Part shown: positions 1 to 9,317 of the stretch, piece by piece | Layout: each line of letters starts with the position of its first letter | Numbering within the stretch: the first letter of the stretch is position 1 | NCBI GenBank assembly: GCA_964592175.1 | Contig: CAZQBU010000004.1 | Span: 21,412 to 85,411, forward strand | DNA: 64,000 nt | Direction: 5' to 3' | Origin: an uncultured Lentimicrobiaceae bacterium | Lineage (GTDB): Bacteria > Bacteroidota > Bacteroidia > Bacteroidales > F082 | Program-made: the position numbers and the translations under genes | Notes under the pieces: model-generated | What the model saw: only the letters and a program-made list of their open reading frames with translations | Database searches by the model: none | What the model was told of the DNA's origin: nothing

Positions 1-194
1 AATTCTTTGATGTAACTGCCTAATAATTTATGATTTATCAATTTATTGTAAAGCCTTTCCGAGCTCAACGAATAAAAATATGCTGTTAATAACAAGAATG
101 GCGTAGTGGGCAATCCGGGGATGAATACACCCAATACCCCCAATGCAAGTGCAATAGTTCCAAGTAGTAAAAAAAGTAGTTTTTTTGCAGTCAT
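1..194 (-). CDS. YbaN/DUF454-family inner-membrane protein, N-terminal part (gene runs off the left window edge)
   Basis: Hand translation of the minus strand from ATG at 194-192 gives MTAKKLLFLLLGTIALALGVLGVFIPGLPTTPFLLLTAYFYSLSSERLYNKL. The PGLPTTPFLLL signature is typical of DUF454/YbaN. It is absent from the ORF track because the window edge truncates it. Confidence 0.6.
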   Translation of the reverse strand, partial: MTAKKLLFLLLGTIALALGVLGVFIPGLPTTPFLLLTAYFYSLSSERLYNKLINHKLLGSYIKE

Positions 195-203
195 GATTTA
201 AAA

Positions 204-336
204 CCTGCTTAATTCATGAATTTAATTTATAATAAACACTTTATAAAATCCCTGGTAAAATCTCCTAACGCAATGTTCATGAGCTTATTACAATAAAGCT
301 AGATTGACAAGCTTATGAATTGGTGAATTATTCAGG
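204..336 (+). mobile_element. MITE-like repeat, short (about 133 bp) internally deleted copy
   Basis: Starts CCTGCTTAATTCATGAATT and ends AATTGGTGAATTATTCAGG, an imperfect terminal inverted repeat. Its right two-thirds align at high identity with the reverse complement of 21883-22110. It is flanked by AAAA on both sides. Confidence 0.6.
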
Positions 337-445
337 AAAAAAGCCGAAAAAGCCTGAATCAAATCAAGCTTTTATTCGGCAATTATCGTTTATTCATTAT
401 CCGAAATGCTCCACTGGCATTTCAAACTCTGTTGTCGAAAACAAA

Positions 446-1480
446 TCACACTTTATTGGATTTTTCATAAATCTCCATAAACTCGGGACTATGTTCTGCC
501 ATGAGTGCTTCCGCTTTTTCAACCATGGAACGGCTGCCTATAAACAGGGGCGAGCGTTGGTGGATATGTTCCGGTTGTATGTCGAGTATGCGTCTGAAAC
601 CGTCAGAAGCTTTTGCACCGGCTTGTTCGGCAATAAATGCCATGGGAATACATTCGTACAGCAGTCGTAATTTTCCTGATGGATTTTTCCTGGTGCCTGG
701 ATAAATATAAATTCCTCCGCGTAATAAGTTTCTATGGAAGTCGGATATGAGCGAGCCAATATAGCGTGTTGTATAAGGGCGGTTTGTTTCCGGATCGTCT
801 ACCTGACAATATTTGATGTATTTTTTTACCCCTTCGGGGAAATAAATATAGTTTGCTTCGTTTATTGAATAAATATTTCCCGGGTCTTTAATCTTCATAT
901 TTTCGTGCGAAAGTATAAAAAGTCCGCAGGTGGGGTCGTAGGTAAATCCATTCACACCATCACCGGTAGTGTACACCATCATGGTGGATGAGCCGTAGAT
1001 AATATATCCTCCGCAAACAAGCTCGGTACCGGCTTGTAGAATTTCTTCCATTGTAATGGTTTCGCTGATGCACTTGCGGCGATAAATTGCAAAAATGGTT
1101 CCTATAGGCACATTTACTTCGATATTTGAAGAGCCGTCGAGCGGATCAATTGCCACAATATACTTTGCTCCATCCGCAATATTATCCTCAAAAATGATTA
1201 CATCGTCATTTTCTTCCGATATAAGTGCCGCACATTGTTTTCCGTTACCCAATGCCTTAATGAATTCATTGTTGGCAATTACATCCAACTTTTTTTGATG
1301 CTCGCCTTGTACATTGGTAGAGCCTTCAAGTCCCAGTATATCAGCTAATCCCGCTCGATTAACATCACGGTTTACGATTTTTGCAGCTACGCTGATATCG
1401 TTTAAAAGATGGGAAAACTCACCTGTAGCGTTTCCGAATTTTTTACGCTGTTGCCAAATAAATTCTACTAATGTTCTCAT
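446..1480 (-). CDS. fbp: Fructose-1,6-bisphosphatase, class 1
   Basis: 344 aa. Start MRTLVEFI, then DPLDGSSN and GSSTMMVYT metal/substrate motifs and a C-terminal [20 protein letters not shown]-like block, all typical of class I FBPase. Confidence 0.9.
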   Translation of the reverse strand: MRTLVEFIWQQRKKFGNATGEFSHLLNDISVAAKIVNRDVNRAGLADILGLEGSTNVQGEHQKKLDVIANNEFIKALGNGKQCAALISEENDDVIIFEDNIADGAKYIVAIDPLDGSSNIEVNVPIGTIFAIYRRKCISETITMEEILQAGTELVCGGYIIYGSSTMMVYTTGDGVNGFTYDPTCGLFILSHENMKIKDPGNIYSINEANYIYFPEGVKKYIKYCQVDDPETNRPYTTRYIGSLISDFHRNLLRGGIYIYPGTRKNPSGKLRLLYECIPMAFIAEQAGAKASDGFRRILDIQPEHIHQRSPLFIGSRSMVEKAEALMAEHSPEFMEIYEKSNKV

Positions 1481-1557
1481 ATAAATACCTGTTGGTTTTG
1501 ATTCATACTCATTCTACAGCAAATGTATTACTTTTGTTTCGCTAAAACAAACTTAAA

Positions 1558-2850
1558 ATGACTGCAGGCTATAAAGTGTATAAATTTGGAGGGGCATCGG
1601 TAAAAGATGCAGAATCCGTGAGAAAAATTGCACATATTTTAAGACAAAGCAATCACAACCGACTGCTTATAGTTGTTTCGGCAATGGGCAAAAACACCAA
1701 TGCACTGGAAAAAATACTGGAAACGACAAGGACTGTCAAACAGATTGATACACAGTTGTTTGATGAATTTAAAGACTTTCATTATTCAATCTGCGCCAAT
1801 TTATTTGAAACATGCCCGAGCGGACTTACCGAAAGTTTGGATATTTACTTTAATCAGCTGCAGGAAGCATTGCTCCGGCATCTGACTGATTCCTACGATT
1901 TTCATTATGACCAAACCGTGGTATTCGGCGAATTGATTGGAAGTGCAATTGTATCAGCATATTTAAAACAAGATGGCTTCGACATTGAATTATTGGATGC
2001 CAGGCAGTTGCTTTTCACCAATGAGCGTCATCGTGCCGCACAAATTAATTGGAAACTCACATCTGCTACCGTGCAGAAAGCTATACAAAACAAGGATGCA
2101 GAAATTATTTTAACTCAAGGATTTATTGGAGGTACGGAGAATGGGCTTTCAACCACTTTGGGAAGGGAAGGCTCCGATTACAGTGCTGCAATTATTGCCT
2201 ATTGTGTAGATGCAGAAGAAGTTACAATTTGGAAAGATGTGCGCGGATTATTGAATGCCGATCCTAAAAAGTATGATGCAACGGTAAAAATTCCTCGAGT
2301 CTCATATAGGGAAGCCATCGAGCTGGCATATTATGGTGCTACTATTATACATCCAAATACCTTAAAGCCTTTGCAAAACAAGGCTATCCCCTTGTATATA
2401 CGTTCGTTTTTAAATATTTCGGAAGCCCCCAGTGTAATTCGGCAAGAGCGCGATTGCGATGATAAAGTGACTTCTTTCATAGTGAAGGACAATCAAATGC
2501 TGTTGAGTGTGCGTCCTTTGGATTATGATTTTATGGATGAACGACGCTTACACCAGCTGTTTGGCTATTTAAATGAGTTGGGTATGCACGCCTTTATGGT
2601 ACAGATTTCTGCCTTGAGCTTATCCATTTGTTTGAACCATAACGAAAAGAAGTTTCAAGACTTGAAGCAATTTCTTGGAAACGATTATTCGATAAAATAC
2701 AATACCGGCTTGCAACTTATTACGGTACGCCATTATGATGAGGCCGTTTTGGAGAAATTATATAATGAAAAGGAAATTTTATTGGAGCAGCGTTCACGCT
2801 TAATGATTCAACTGGTTGTACGACCAAAGGAAATCACTGAAAATAGCTAG
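1558..2850 (+). CDS. lysC: Aspartate kinase
   Basis: 430 aa. N-terminal VYKFGGASV kinase signature, TLGREGSDYSAA motif and a C-terminal ACT-like region. Confidence 0.85.
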   Translation: MTAGYKVYKFGGASVKDAESVRKIAHILRQSNHNRLLIVVSAMGKNTNALEKILETTRTVKQIDTQLFDEFKDFHYSICANLFETCPSGLTESLDIYFNQLQEALLRHLTDSYDFHYDQTVVFGELIGSAIVSAYLKQDGFDIELLDARQLLFTNERHRAAQINWKLTSATVQKAIQNKDAEIILTQGFIGGTENGLSTTLGREGSDYSAAIIAYCVDAEEVTIWKDVRGLLNADPKKYDATVKIPRVSYREAIELAYYGATIIHPNTLKPLQNKAIPLYIRSFLNISEAPSVIRQERDCDDKVTSFIVKDNQMLLSVRPLDYDFMDERRLHQLFGYLNELGMHAFMVQISALSLSICLNHNEKKFQDLKQFLGNDYSIKYNTGLQLITVRHYDEAVLEKLYNEKEILLEQRSRLMIQLVVRPKEITENS

Positions 2851-2855
2851 GCTAT

Positions 2856-4352
2856 TTATGAATCTAATTGTTTTGGAATTTCTTCCAAATCAGCATAATA
2901 CAAGTCCATTACCACAATTACAGCCATGAGCCCCCATACGGGGATGGACAATTTATCGGTATCTAAGAAATTGTTTAGAAAGCCGTGAACAAAATAGCTT
3001 ATCAATGCTAAAGTAGCTGATAATGATAGGATTTGTGCTTCTTTTGTTTTCGCCTTTTGATAGGTTTTGATTCCCCTATAAACCATTATTGAAACCAACA
3101 CAAAAACGATGAGCATGCCAAACAGTCCCATTTCGGATAAAGGTCCGATATATTCACTGTGTGCATTGCCCATATCACCGGCATTTGTGCTGATAATTGT
3201 TTTTTCTTTAGCGCGTTGATAGGGTCCGTAAACAAACTGATATGTGCCGGGCCCCCAGCCAAATACGGGGCGTTCTTCAAAAAGGCGGAATGCCGCTTGC
3301 CAACGGTTGATGCGCTCAAGGTTGGAAGCATCTGACGAAATATTGTAAATCGATTGTACGTGCTCAATCAAGTCGGCTGACGAATCTTGTTTGTTCTTTT
3401 CCATCAAATCGATAATCTGATGTTGAAAACTGAAAAAGATACCGGTAAACAAAACCATGCCCAGTGCAATCCATCTGAACTTAATTCGCAATTTAACAAT
3501 GATAAATACGACTAAAGACACTGCAATGCTTACCCAGCTTGCACGGCTTACCGACATGATGGTAGCGGCAACAAGCAATACACTCATAGCTGCAACAAGC
3601 ATTCGTTTCATCTTGCTTATACCCGGATAAAACAAATAACCGACCGTCATTATTAAAAATATACCGAGTGCTGCTCCATATGCCGTATGGTCATTATAAA
3701 AGGGCGACATCACCCAGTGTGCCGACCTTTCGGAAAAGCCGAATTGGGCATGATGAATGGTCGTATAAATGATAACGATTACCAGTGCCGCATTATAAAG
3801 CCAAATAAATCGATGGATATTGGAAATGCGTTTAAATACCAATGAGCCAACAAAGTAGGCTGGAATTACAAACCATAATCTAGCCATGATATATTTTATG
3901 GATACAACGGGAAGCTCACTCGTGAAGGTCGTAATCAGCATCCAAAAAAACATCACATATATCACATGTGAGATAGGATGATTCGCCACTTTCATGTCGT
4001 ACTTTTGGTCATATAGGATTTTGGCAATAAATAAAATCATAATGCCAAACAGCAAGGGCTCAACCGGCAAACTAATGCCAAGGCCTATGTCCATATCTTG
4101 TATATCGATTGACAAAGGAGTGAGGAAGCTGACCAAGAGTAAGACTTTATCCAACGAGAAGACGTAAAGCAATAATACACCCAATAAGAGTGGGAGCGCA
4201 TACATATAATAAATGCCTTTTCCTATCATTAAATAGAAATTCACAGCAAGAAACAATGCTGCAACCAAATAAACCCAGGCTATTTTTTTACGTTCACTCA
4301 ATGCAAGAAGTTTATGATTGCTTCGATGTGAGTTTGTGTCTGTTTTCAACAA
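2856..4352 (-). CDS. O-antigen ligase/polymerase (Wzy_C-like) family multi-pass membrane protein
   Basis: 498 aa and about 10-12 hydrophobic helices. A soluble loop (RWQAAFRLFEERPVFGWGPGTY) resembles the Wzy/WaaL family loop. It lies next to Wzz-like and flippase genes. Confidence 0.65.
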   Translation of the reverse strand: MLKTDTNSHRSNHKLLALSERKKIAWVYLVAALFLAVNFYLMIGKGIYYMYALPLLLGVLLLYVFSLDKVLLLVSFLTPLSIDIQDMDIGLGISLPVEPLLFGIMILFIAKILYDQKYDMKVANHPISHVIYVMFFWMLITTFTSELPVVSIKYIMARLWFVIPAYFVGSLVFKRISNIHRFIWLYNAALVIVIIYTTIHHAQFGFSERSAHWVMSPFYNDHTAYGAALGIFLIMTVGYLFYPGISKMKRMLVAAMSVLLVAATIMSVSRASWVSIAVSLVVFIIVKLRIKFRWIALGMVLFTGIFFSFQHQIIDLMEKNKQDSSADLIEHVQSIYNISSDASNLERINRWQAAFRLFEERPVFGWGPGTYQFVYGPYQRAKEKTIISTNAGDMGNAHSEYIGPLSEMGLFGMLIVFVLVSIMVYRGIKTYQKAKTKEAQILSLSATLALISYFVHGFLNNFLDTDKLSIPVWGLMAVIVVMDLYYADLEEIPKQLDS

Positions 4353-5271
4353 TGAAAAGCACGAGTACTGATAATAGTGCTGCGCCTACGGCAGATAACA
4401 ACACAATGACCCAACGTACCGGAAATATTTTTTTGTCGGCGGCATAAGGTTTGCTGATAATGTTAGAATAGCTCAGTGTTACATCCAAAAAGCGTTGTGA
4501 TGTTTCGGAATCGAGCTTGGCATCAGCATATGCTTCGGCTTCTGCTTCCAGCAATGCTGTAAGTTTCAGCATTTCGCCACCGTACATACCTAAATTCTGA
4601 CGCAATTCTTCTACAGCTTTGCTGTTGACAGCAGCTCCACCTGTTATCGTACGCAAATAACCGCGCATGACCTCTTGAGATTGATAACTGAAATCGACCA
4701 GACCGTATTCGGTTCCCAAGACCATCATTCGCTCTTGAATTGAATCCATGGTGGCTTTTTTGTGTTTCAGCTGTTGCTGATACATATTATTTACCTCACG
4801 GAATTTGATTTTGTGCAGATAGTCTTGTTTGAGGTCATACTGCCTTAATATCTCATTGACCATTGCGGCGGCTCTTTCCGGATCTTTGTCGCGTACCGTA
4901 ATGGATACAGCATCGTAAGGAGTTTTCTTAATTTTCACATTTTGTGAATAAAAGTACATCATGGTGGAGTACATATACTTGTAGTTCGGATCCACTTTGT
5001 ATACTTCTAATAAGTTGAATTTATTGATGAGTGAATCTTTAATATCTTGACCCTGAATAACCTGCAGCATTTGCTCCGTAACGCTTTCATCCGAATTGCT
5101 CATGATGTTGGCAGGATATGCAATGGCTTCCGATTTGAAAAGCGGAGTGATAAAGAAAGGTCCTGAAAAGATGGCTCCCAATATCGCTGCCACGATGGTG
5201 ATGACTACCAAATGTTTTCGCCATTTAATAATCAAATTGACTAATGAGGTGTTGTTGAAAAAGTTATCCAT
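4312..5271 (-). CDS. Wzz-like polysaccharide chain-length determinant protein (no kinase domain)
   Basis: The ORF track gives 4312..5427. I prefer the internal start MDNFFNNTSLVNLIIKW at 5271, which removes the overlap with the upstream gene ending at 5294. It has an N-terminal TM, a coiled soluble domain and a C-terminal TM (PVRWVIVLLSAVGAALLSVLVLF), the PCP/Wzz topology. Confidence 0.6.
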   Translation of the reverse strand: MDNFFNNTSLVNLIIKWRKHLVVITIVAAILGAIFSGPFFITPLFKSEAIAYPANIMSNSDESVTEQMLQVIQGQDIKDSLINKFNLLEVYKVDPNYKYMYSTMMYFYSQNVKIKKTPYDAVSITVRDKDPERAAAMVNEILRQYDLKQDYLHKIKFREVNNMYQQQLKHKKATMDSIQERMMVLGTEYGLVDFSYQSQEVMRGYLRTITGGAAVNSKAVEELRQNLGMYGGEMLKLTALLEAEAEAYADAKLDSETSQRFLDVTLSYSNIISKPYAADKKIFPVRWVIVLLSAVGAALLSVLVLFIVENRHKLTSKQS

Positions 5272-5293
5272 GATGCTCCTATGTTGCGATTTG

Positions 5294-6388
5294 TTAGGTT
5301 TTAAGGCTCTTTTGAATGTTTGTTTTACCCAAATCAATTTTGTTTGGCTCTTGTTTGAATGATTTGAAGTTTTTTTTTTGAGTGCTTTGCTGCATTTGAT
5401 CAATAAAGATGACGACAAAAAGTGCAATCAGCAAGGTTGAAACCACACTGACAAGCATTATTAGCCATCGTATGGGATATGACTTTCGCTCAGCTTCAAA
5501 TGCCGAGTTAACCACAAATTTATGAGGTAAATTCTCTGTGGCATCTACTTTTGCCTCTTCATACTTGGCTTTTATTTGTGATAGCTGTTTGCGCTCATGT
5601 TCCAGCATATCTCGAAGTGAAACATATGTTCCTCCATATTGGCTTAGCAGCTCCAGCTTGTCGTTTAATGATTTAATTCCACTGCTGTTGTTACGTGCCA
5701 ATTCGATTGCCAACTGCCTGTTAATCATTTCGGCTTGGCTCTCATAATCGTGAATTCCCATCTTGCGAATCACATCCAACGAGTCTTCCATGGCTTTTAC
5801 CTGATCATGTAAATTGTGGTACTCGCCTTCAACAATGCGAAAAGCTTTGATTGCCACTTCCTTTTGCATGATATTCATGGTTGAATCGAAAAGCTCCGCT
5901 ATATCGTTGGCAATATTGGATGCAATTACTGGGTCCTTGTCCAAAACAGTTATTTTTACAGCCATATATTCCGTGCGCCGGAATTTGATTTTGCTGTCAT
6001 ACTCCTTGTAAAGCTTGGTGAATCGATAACTTGAGCCGGCGGGGATGGCATAATGCTCCATCAAATTATATTTTTCAATGATTCGATCCCTGATTTTATT
6101 GGAATTGAGAATCTGCAGCATGCGTTCCGTCTGCTCGTCTTCACCAAATTCAAGTAAATCCTTATTGCTGCTAAAGTTGGTGCTTAAAAGCGATTTGGAA
6201 ATGGAATTAGATGAAGTAGGATAAAGGATTACCATTGATTTATACAGTGGTGTAATAAATAATGGGCTGCTGAAAATTAATGCCAATAAAGCTGTGGCAA
6301 CAGCAATGATGGTAAATGTTATTCGATGACGTATAACAAGCTGTACAAGACTGAAGTTCGAAATATCTGCTCCGCTGGAATTATGCAT
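5294..6388 (-). CDS. Wzz-like polysaccharide chain-length determinant protein, paralog of 4312..5271
   Basis: 364 aa with the same topology and alignable blocks: SSPLFITPLYKS versus SGPFFITPLFKS, and YPIRWLIMLVSVV versus FPVRWVIVLLSAV. Confidence 0.6.
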   Translation of the reverse strand: MHNSSGADISNFSLVQLVIRHRITFTIIAVATALLALIFSSPLFITPLYKSMVILYPTSSNSISKSLLSTNFSSNKDLLEFGEDEQTERMLQILNSNKIRDRIIEKYNLMEHYAIPAGSSYRFTKLYKEYDSKIKFRRTEYMAVKITVLDKDPVIASNIANDIAELFDSTMNIMQKEVAIKAFRIVEGEYHNLHDQVKAMEDSLDVIRKMGIHDYESQAEMINRQLAIELARNNSSGIKSLNDKLELLSQYGGTYVSLRDMLEHERKQLSQIKAKYEEAKVDATENLPHKFVVNSAFEAERKSYPIRWLIMLVSVVSTLLIALFVVIFIDQMQQSTQKKNFKSFKQEPNKIDLGKTNIQKSLKT

Positions 6389-6458
6389 TTTTTTCTTTCA
6401 AAAGGAGGTCAAAATTAAACAAAAATCTTTATGTGTGATAAATTAGGCATAAAACTTA

Positions 6459-7973
6459 TCAATTCGGTTTGCTTTTATCCTTTTGCATTGATTCTGTTGC
6501 GGTAAGCAAAAGTTCTTTCAAGCTCTTGATATGAATCATCCGCGTAACAAAAATCAATACGAAGGCTACTAGCGTTCCTAGCAAGAAATTAAGCTTCCAG
6601 TCGAATGGTAAAATTTTGCTTCCGAAGGCAACAACAAACAGCAGAGCTGCAAACAAAAAGACTTGTCCTAAAAATCCTTTTTCAAATTTCAGTTTGAAAA
6701 GCCGCTTTGCGATAAAGAATTGAATGATTGCAGTAACAGACTGTACGCTAAAACTTGCCCAAGCTGCTCCAACCGCTTGAAATACCGGAATCAAACTGAA
6801 ATTCAAAGCCAAATTGATGACTACGCCTGTGGCGGCTACCGTGTTTAAAAGTTTTAAATTGCCGTTTGCAGTAAGTAAGGTGCCAAAAATATAGGTTGTT
6901 GAAATTGCCACAAAGCTCCCCATTAATAAACGAAGAATATGTGCCGATTCATGTATCCTCAAGCTGAACTCAGTTATGCTTTCTCCTTCACGCATGCCGT
7001 ATAACAGCGCCATCAGTTCATTACTGAAAGCAATTGATATCACTGCAACCAAAAGCGACATGCTAAGCATAATTCGAAACGACAACTGTACCAGCTGATT
7101 TACCGACTCATTCTTTTTTATCATTGAAGAAAACATAGGTAATAGCAGCACTGAAAACAGCAGTGAGATATTATTTCCTGCATCCATTAGGCGGAATGCT
7201 TTGCCGTAAATTCCCGTTTGTACATCACCTATTCCTTTTGGAAGCAATCGTTCGATAAGTACCGGCTCTAAGCGGTTGTAGAAGCTCATTAGCAGCACCA
7301 GCAACGCAAAAGGCAAGCTTTTGCGTATAATCATCAGCATAAACGGATAATTAAGCCGGAGACGGATTTTGCCCGAATGCTTTAAAACAAAGAGCAGAGC
7401 AGCAACGAGGGTGATAAGGTATGCTGCGGTTTGAGCATATACAAACCATTCAATTTGGAATTTACCCGGCATAATACCCGACCACAACAAGATGCTACAT
7501 ATGAGAATCATTAAAAGGCGGTCCAGCACCGAGAAAAAACTGTCGACACTAAATAGCAATAAGCCGCTTATGTTGGAGCGCAGATACAAAATAAACGAAA
7601 GCAACACCTGATTAAATCCGAGCCAAGCAAGCAGGTAAAGCTGCTGCCCTCTATAACCGATTGCCAAGCCAATTGCAAAAATAACAATGCCGTATAGCAA
7701 GCTTAGTAGGATTTTCAAACCGGAGATGCCGGCAAAATGCTTTGAAAGTAATTGGCTGTTTTGGGCAATATTTCTGTTGTTGAAATTTGTAATGCCCATA
7801 TCCAACACGATGGTAAATAAGAAGCTGAAGCTTAAAATCGACAAATAAATACCGTAAGCGCTATCGCCTACTATATTTTGCACACTCCTGTCAATGCCTA
7901 AAATCCAAAATGGTTTTATCAGCAGATTAAGTGATAACAGCAAAATAAGATTCTTGATAAACTGCTTTTGCAT
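6459..7973 (-). CDS. Oligosaccharide/polysaccharide flippase (Wzx-like, MOP superfamily)
   Basis: 504 aa, about 12-14 TM helices, and an N-terminus (FIKNLILLLSLNLLIKPFWILGIDRSVQN) typical of polysaccharide biosynthesis flippases. It lies in a polysaccharide gene cluster. Confidence 0.7.
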   Translation of the reverse strand: MQKQFIKNLILLLSLNLLIKPFWILGIDRSVQNIVGDSAYGIYLSILSFSFLFTIVLDMGITNFNNRNIAQNSQLLSKHFAGISGLKILLSLLYGIVIFAIGLAIGYRGQQLYLLAWLGFNQVLLSFILYLRSNISGLLLFSVDSFFSVLDRLLMILICSILLWSGIMPGKFQIEWFVYAQTAAYLITLVAALLFVLKHSGKIRLRLNYPFMLMIIRKSLPFALLVLLMSFYNRLEPVLIERLLPKGIGDVQTGIYGKAFRLMDAGNNISLLFSVLLLPMFSSMIKKNESVNQLVQLSFRIMLSMSLLVAVISIAFSNELMALLYGMREGESITEFSLRIHESAHILRLLMGSFVAISTTYIFGTLLTANGNLKLLNTVAATGVVINLALNFSLIPVFQAVGAAWASFSVQSVTAIIQFFIAKRLFKLKFEKGFLGQVFLFAALLFVVAFGSKILPFDWKLNFLLGTLVAFVLIFVTRMIHIKSLKELLLTATESMQKDKSKPN

Positions 7974-8108
7974 AATGCCTGTCGCTTCGTGCGATTTTAT
8001 ACCTATTTCCCTTTGTTTCGCAGAAATGAGATATGATTTTCAATGAGAAAGTTGCATCTCATCCGCCTTTAAATTCGAATTCTACTGATTAATACTGTTT
8101 CAGATGAA

Positions 8109-9317
8109 ATGAATTTCGGATATTTGCCACAAAGTTATGGTTTATTCAGTTTCATCAGCTTTAATTTTTCATTCTTGAAGATTGCAGTAAATACCAGGTT
8201 GCTCTTGCCGAATCGATTAGAAGGCATTGGATGGTTTACTTTTGAAAACCTGAGCAGGATAGTAGCGTCCAATCCGCAGCACGAATTTTATTTTTTCTTT
8301 GATAGGCAGCCTGACCCGAAATTTATTTTTGCCGAGAATGTAAAAGCAGTTGTGCTGAAGCCGCCTGCGCGACATCCGTTTTTATTTATTGTATGGTTTG
8401 AATGGTCGGTTACACGGGCGTTAAAGAAAATAAAACCGGATATATTTCTTTCTCCCGACGGCTATTTGAGTCTGCAAAGCAAAGTACCATCCATTGCCGT
8501 ATTTCATGATTTGAATTTCGAGCATTTTCCAAAAGATATTCCCAAGCTTGTACGCTGGCATTATAGTTACTTTTTTCCGCGCTTTGCCCGCAAAGCGGCG
8601 CGAATTGCCACCGTATCCGAATATTCAAAGCAGGATATTGTGGAACAATACGCTATTGATCCCGCAAAAATTGATGTAGTATATAATGGTGCAAATGAGC
8701 GCTTTACTCCTGTTTCGGAGGAGGTGCAAGCCCAAATTCGTGAAGAATATACCCAAGGTGCGCCTTATTTTTTATTTGTCGGGGCATTGCATCCGCGTAA
8801 AAATTTAGTGCGCTTATTTCAAGCTTTTGATCGCTACAAAGAAAAAACAGGCAGCAAGGTGAAGCTGTTGATTGTCGGTGAAAAAATGTTTCGCACCCAA
8901 TCCATTGAAAAAACCTATGATGCCATGAAATACCGTGATGAGGTCGTATTTTGCGGACGCGTTTCAAATGATGCATTGTATAAGATCATGGCTTCGGCTT
9001 TGGCTTTGACATATGTGTCTTATTTTGAGGGCTTTGGCATCCCGATTGTTGAAGCTTTTCGCAGCGGCACGGCGGTAATCACTTCCAACTGCACCTCCAT
9101 GCCGGAGGTGGCAGGCGATGCTGCCCTATTATGTGACCCTTATAATGTGGATTCCATCGCTGAAGCAATGGAACAAATCACATATGACGATAAATTACGC
9201 GAAGAATTGATAAAAAAAGGCTTGGAACGCAGCCGAATCTTTAGCTGGGATGCGGCGGCCGAGCGCCTTTGGAATACTGTTGAACGAACATTGGAACAAT
9301 CCAAAAACAAAAGATGA
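8109..9317 (+). CDS. Glycosyltransferase family 4 (GT-B, group 1)
   Basis: C-terminal EGFGIPIVEAFRSGTAVITSNCTSMPEVAGDAALL is the GT4 E-x7-E region. The real start may be the TTG at 8175 (LKIAVNTRLL), which resembles the usual MKIAVNTR start of this family. Confidence 0.8.
   Translation: MNFGYLPQSYGLFSFISFNFSFLKIAVNTRLLLPNRLEGIGWFTFENLSRIVASNPQHEFYFFFDRQPDPKFIFAENVKAVVLKPPARHPFLFIVWFEWSVTRALKKIKPDIFLSPDGYLSLQSKVPSIAVFHDLNFEHFPKDIPKLVRWHYSYFFPRFARKAARIATVSEYSKQDIVEQYAIDPAKIDVVYNGANERFTPVSEEVQAQIREEYTQGAPYFLFVGALHPRKNLVRLFQAFDRYKEKTGSKVKLLIVGEKMFRTQSIEKTYDAMKYRDEVVFCGRVSNDALYKIMASALALTYVSYFEGFGIPIVEAFRSGTAVITSNCTSMPEVAGDAALLCDPYNVDSIAEAMEQITYDDKLREELIKKGLERSRIFSWDAAAERLWNTVERTLEQSKNKR

Noticed and set aside
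320-759. Plus- and minus-strand ORFs (320..670, 501..704, 538..759) overlapping the 3-prime end of fbp and the MITE-like repeat
   Set aside because: They lie antisense or out of frame to a confidently recognised fbp gene, or start inside the repeat. They have no motifs and no plausible start context, so they are shadow ORFs.
4312-5427. Long N-terminal extension of the first Wzz-like ORF (MHFLSSSLLIKCSK...)
   Set aside because: The extension overlaps the upstream paralog's 3-prime end by more than 130 nt and is Lys/Ser-rich junk. The internal Met at 5271 gives the same N-terminal architecture as the paralog.
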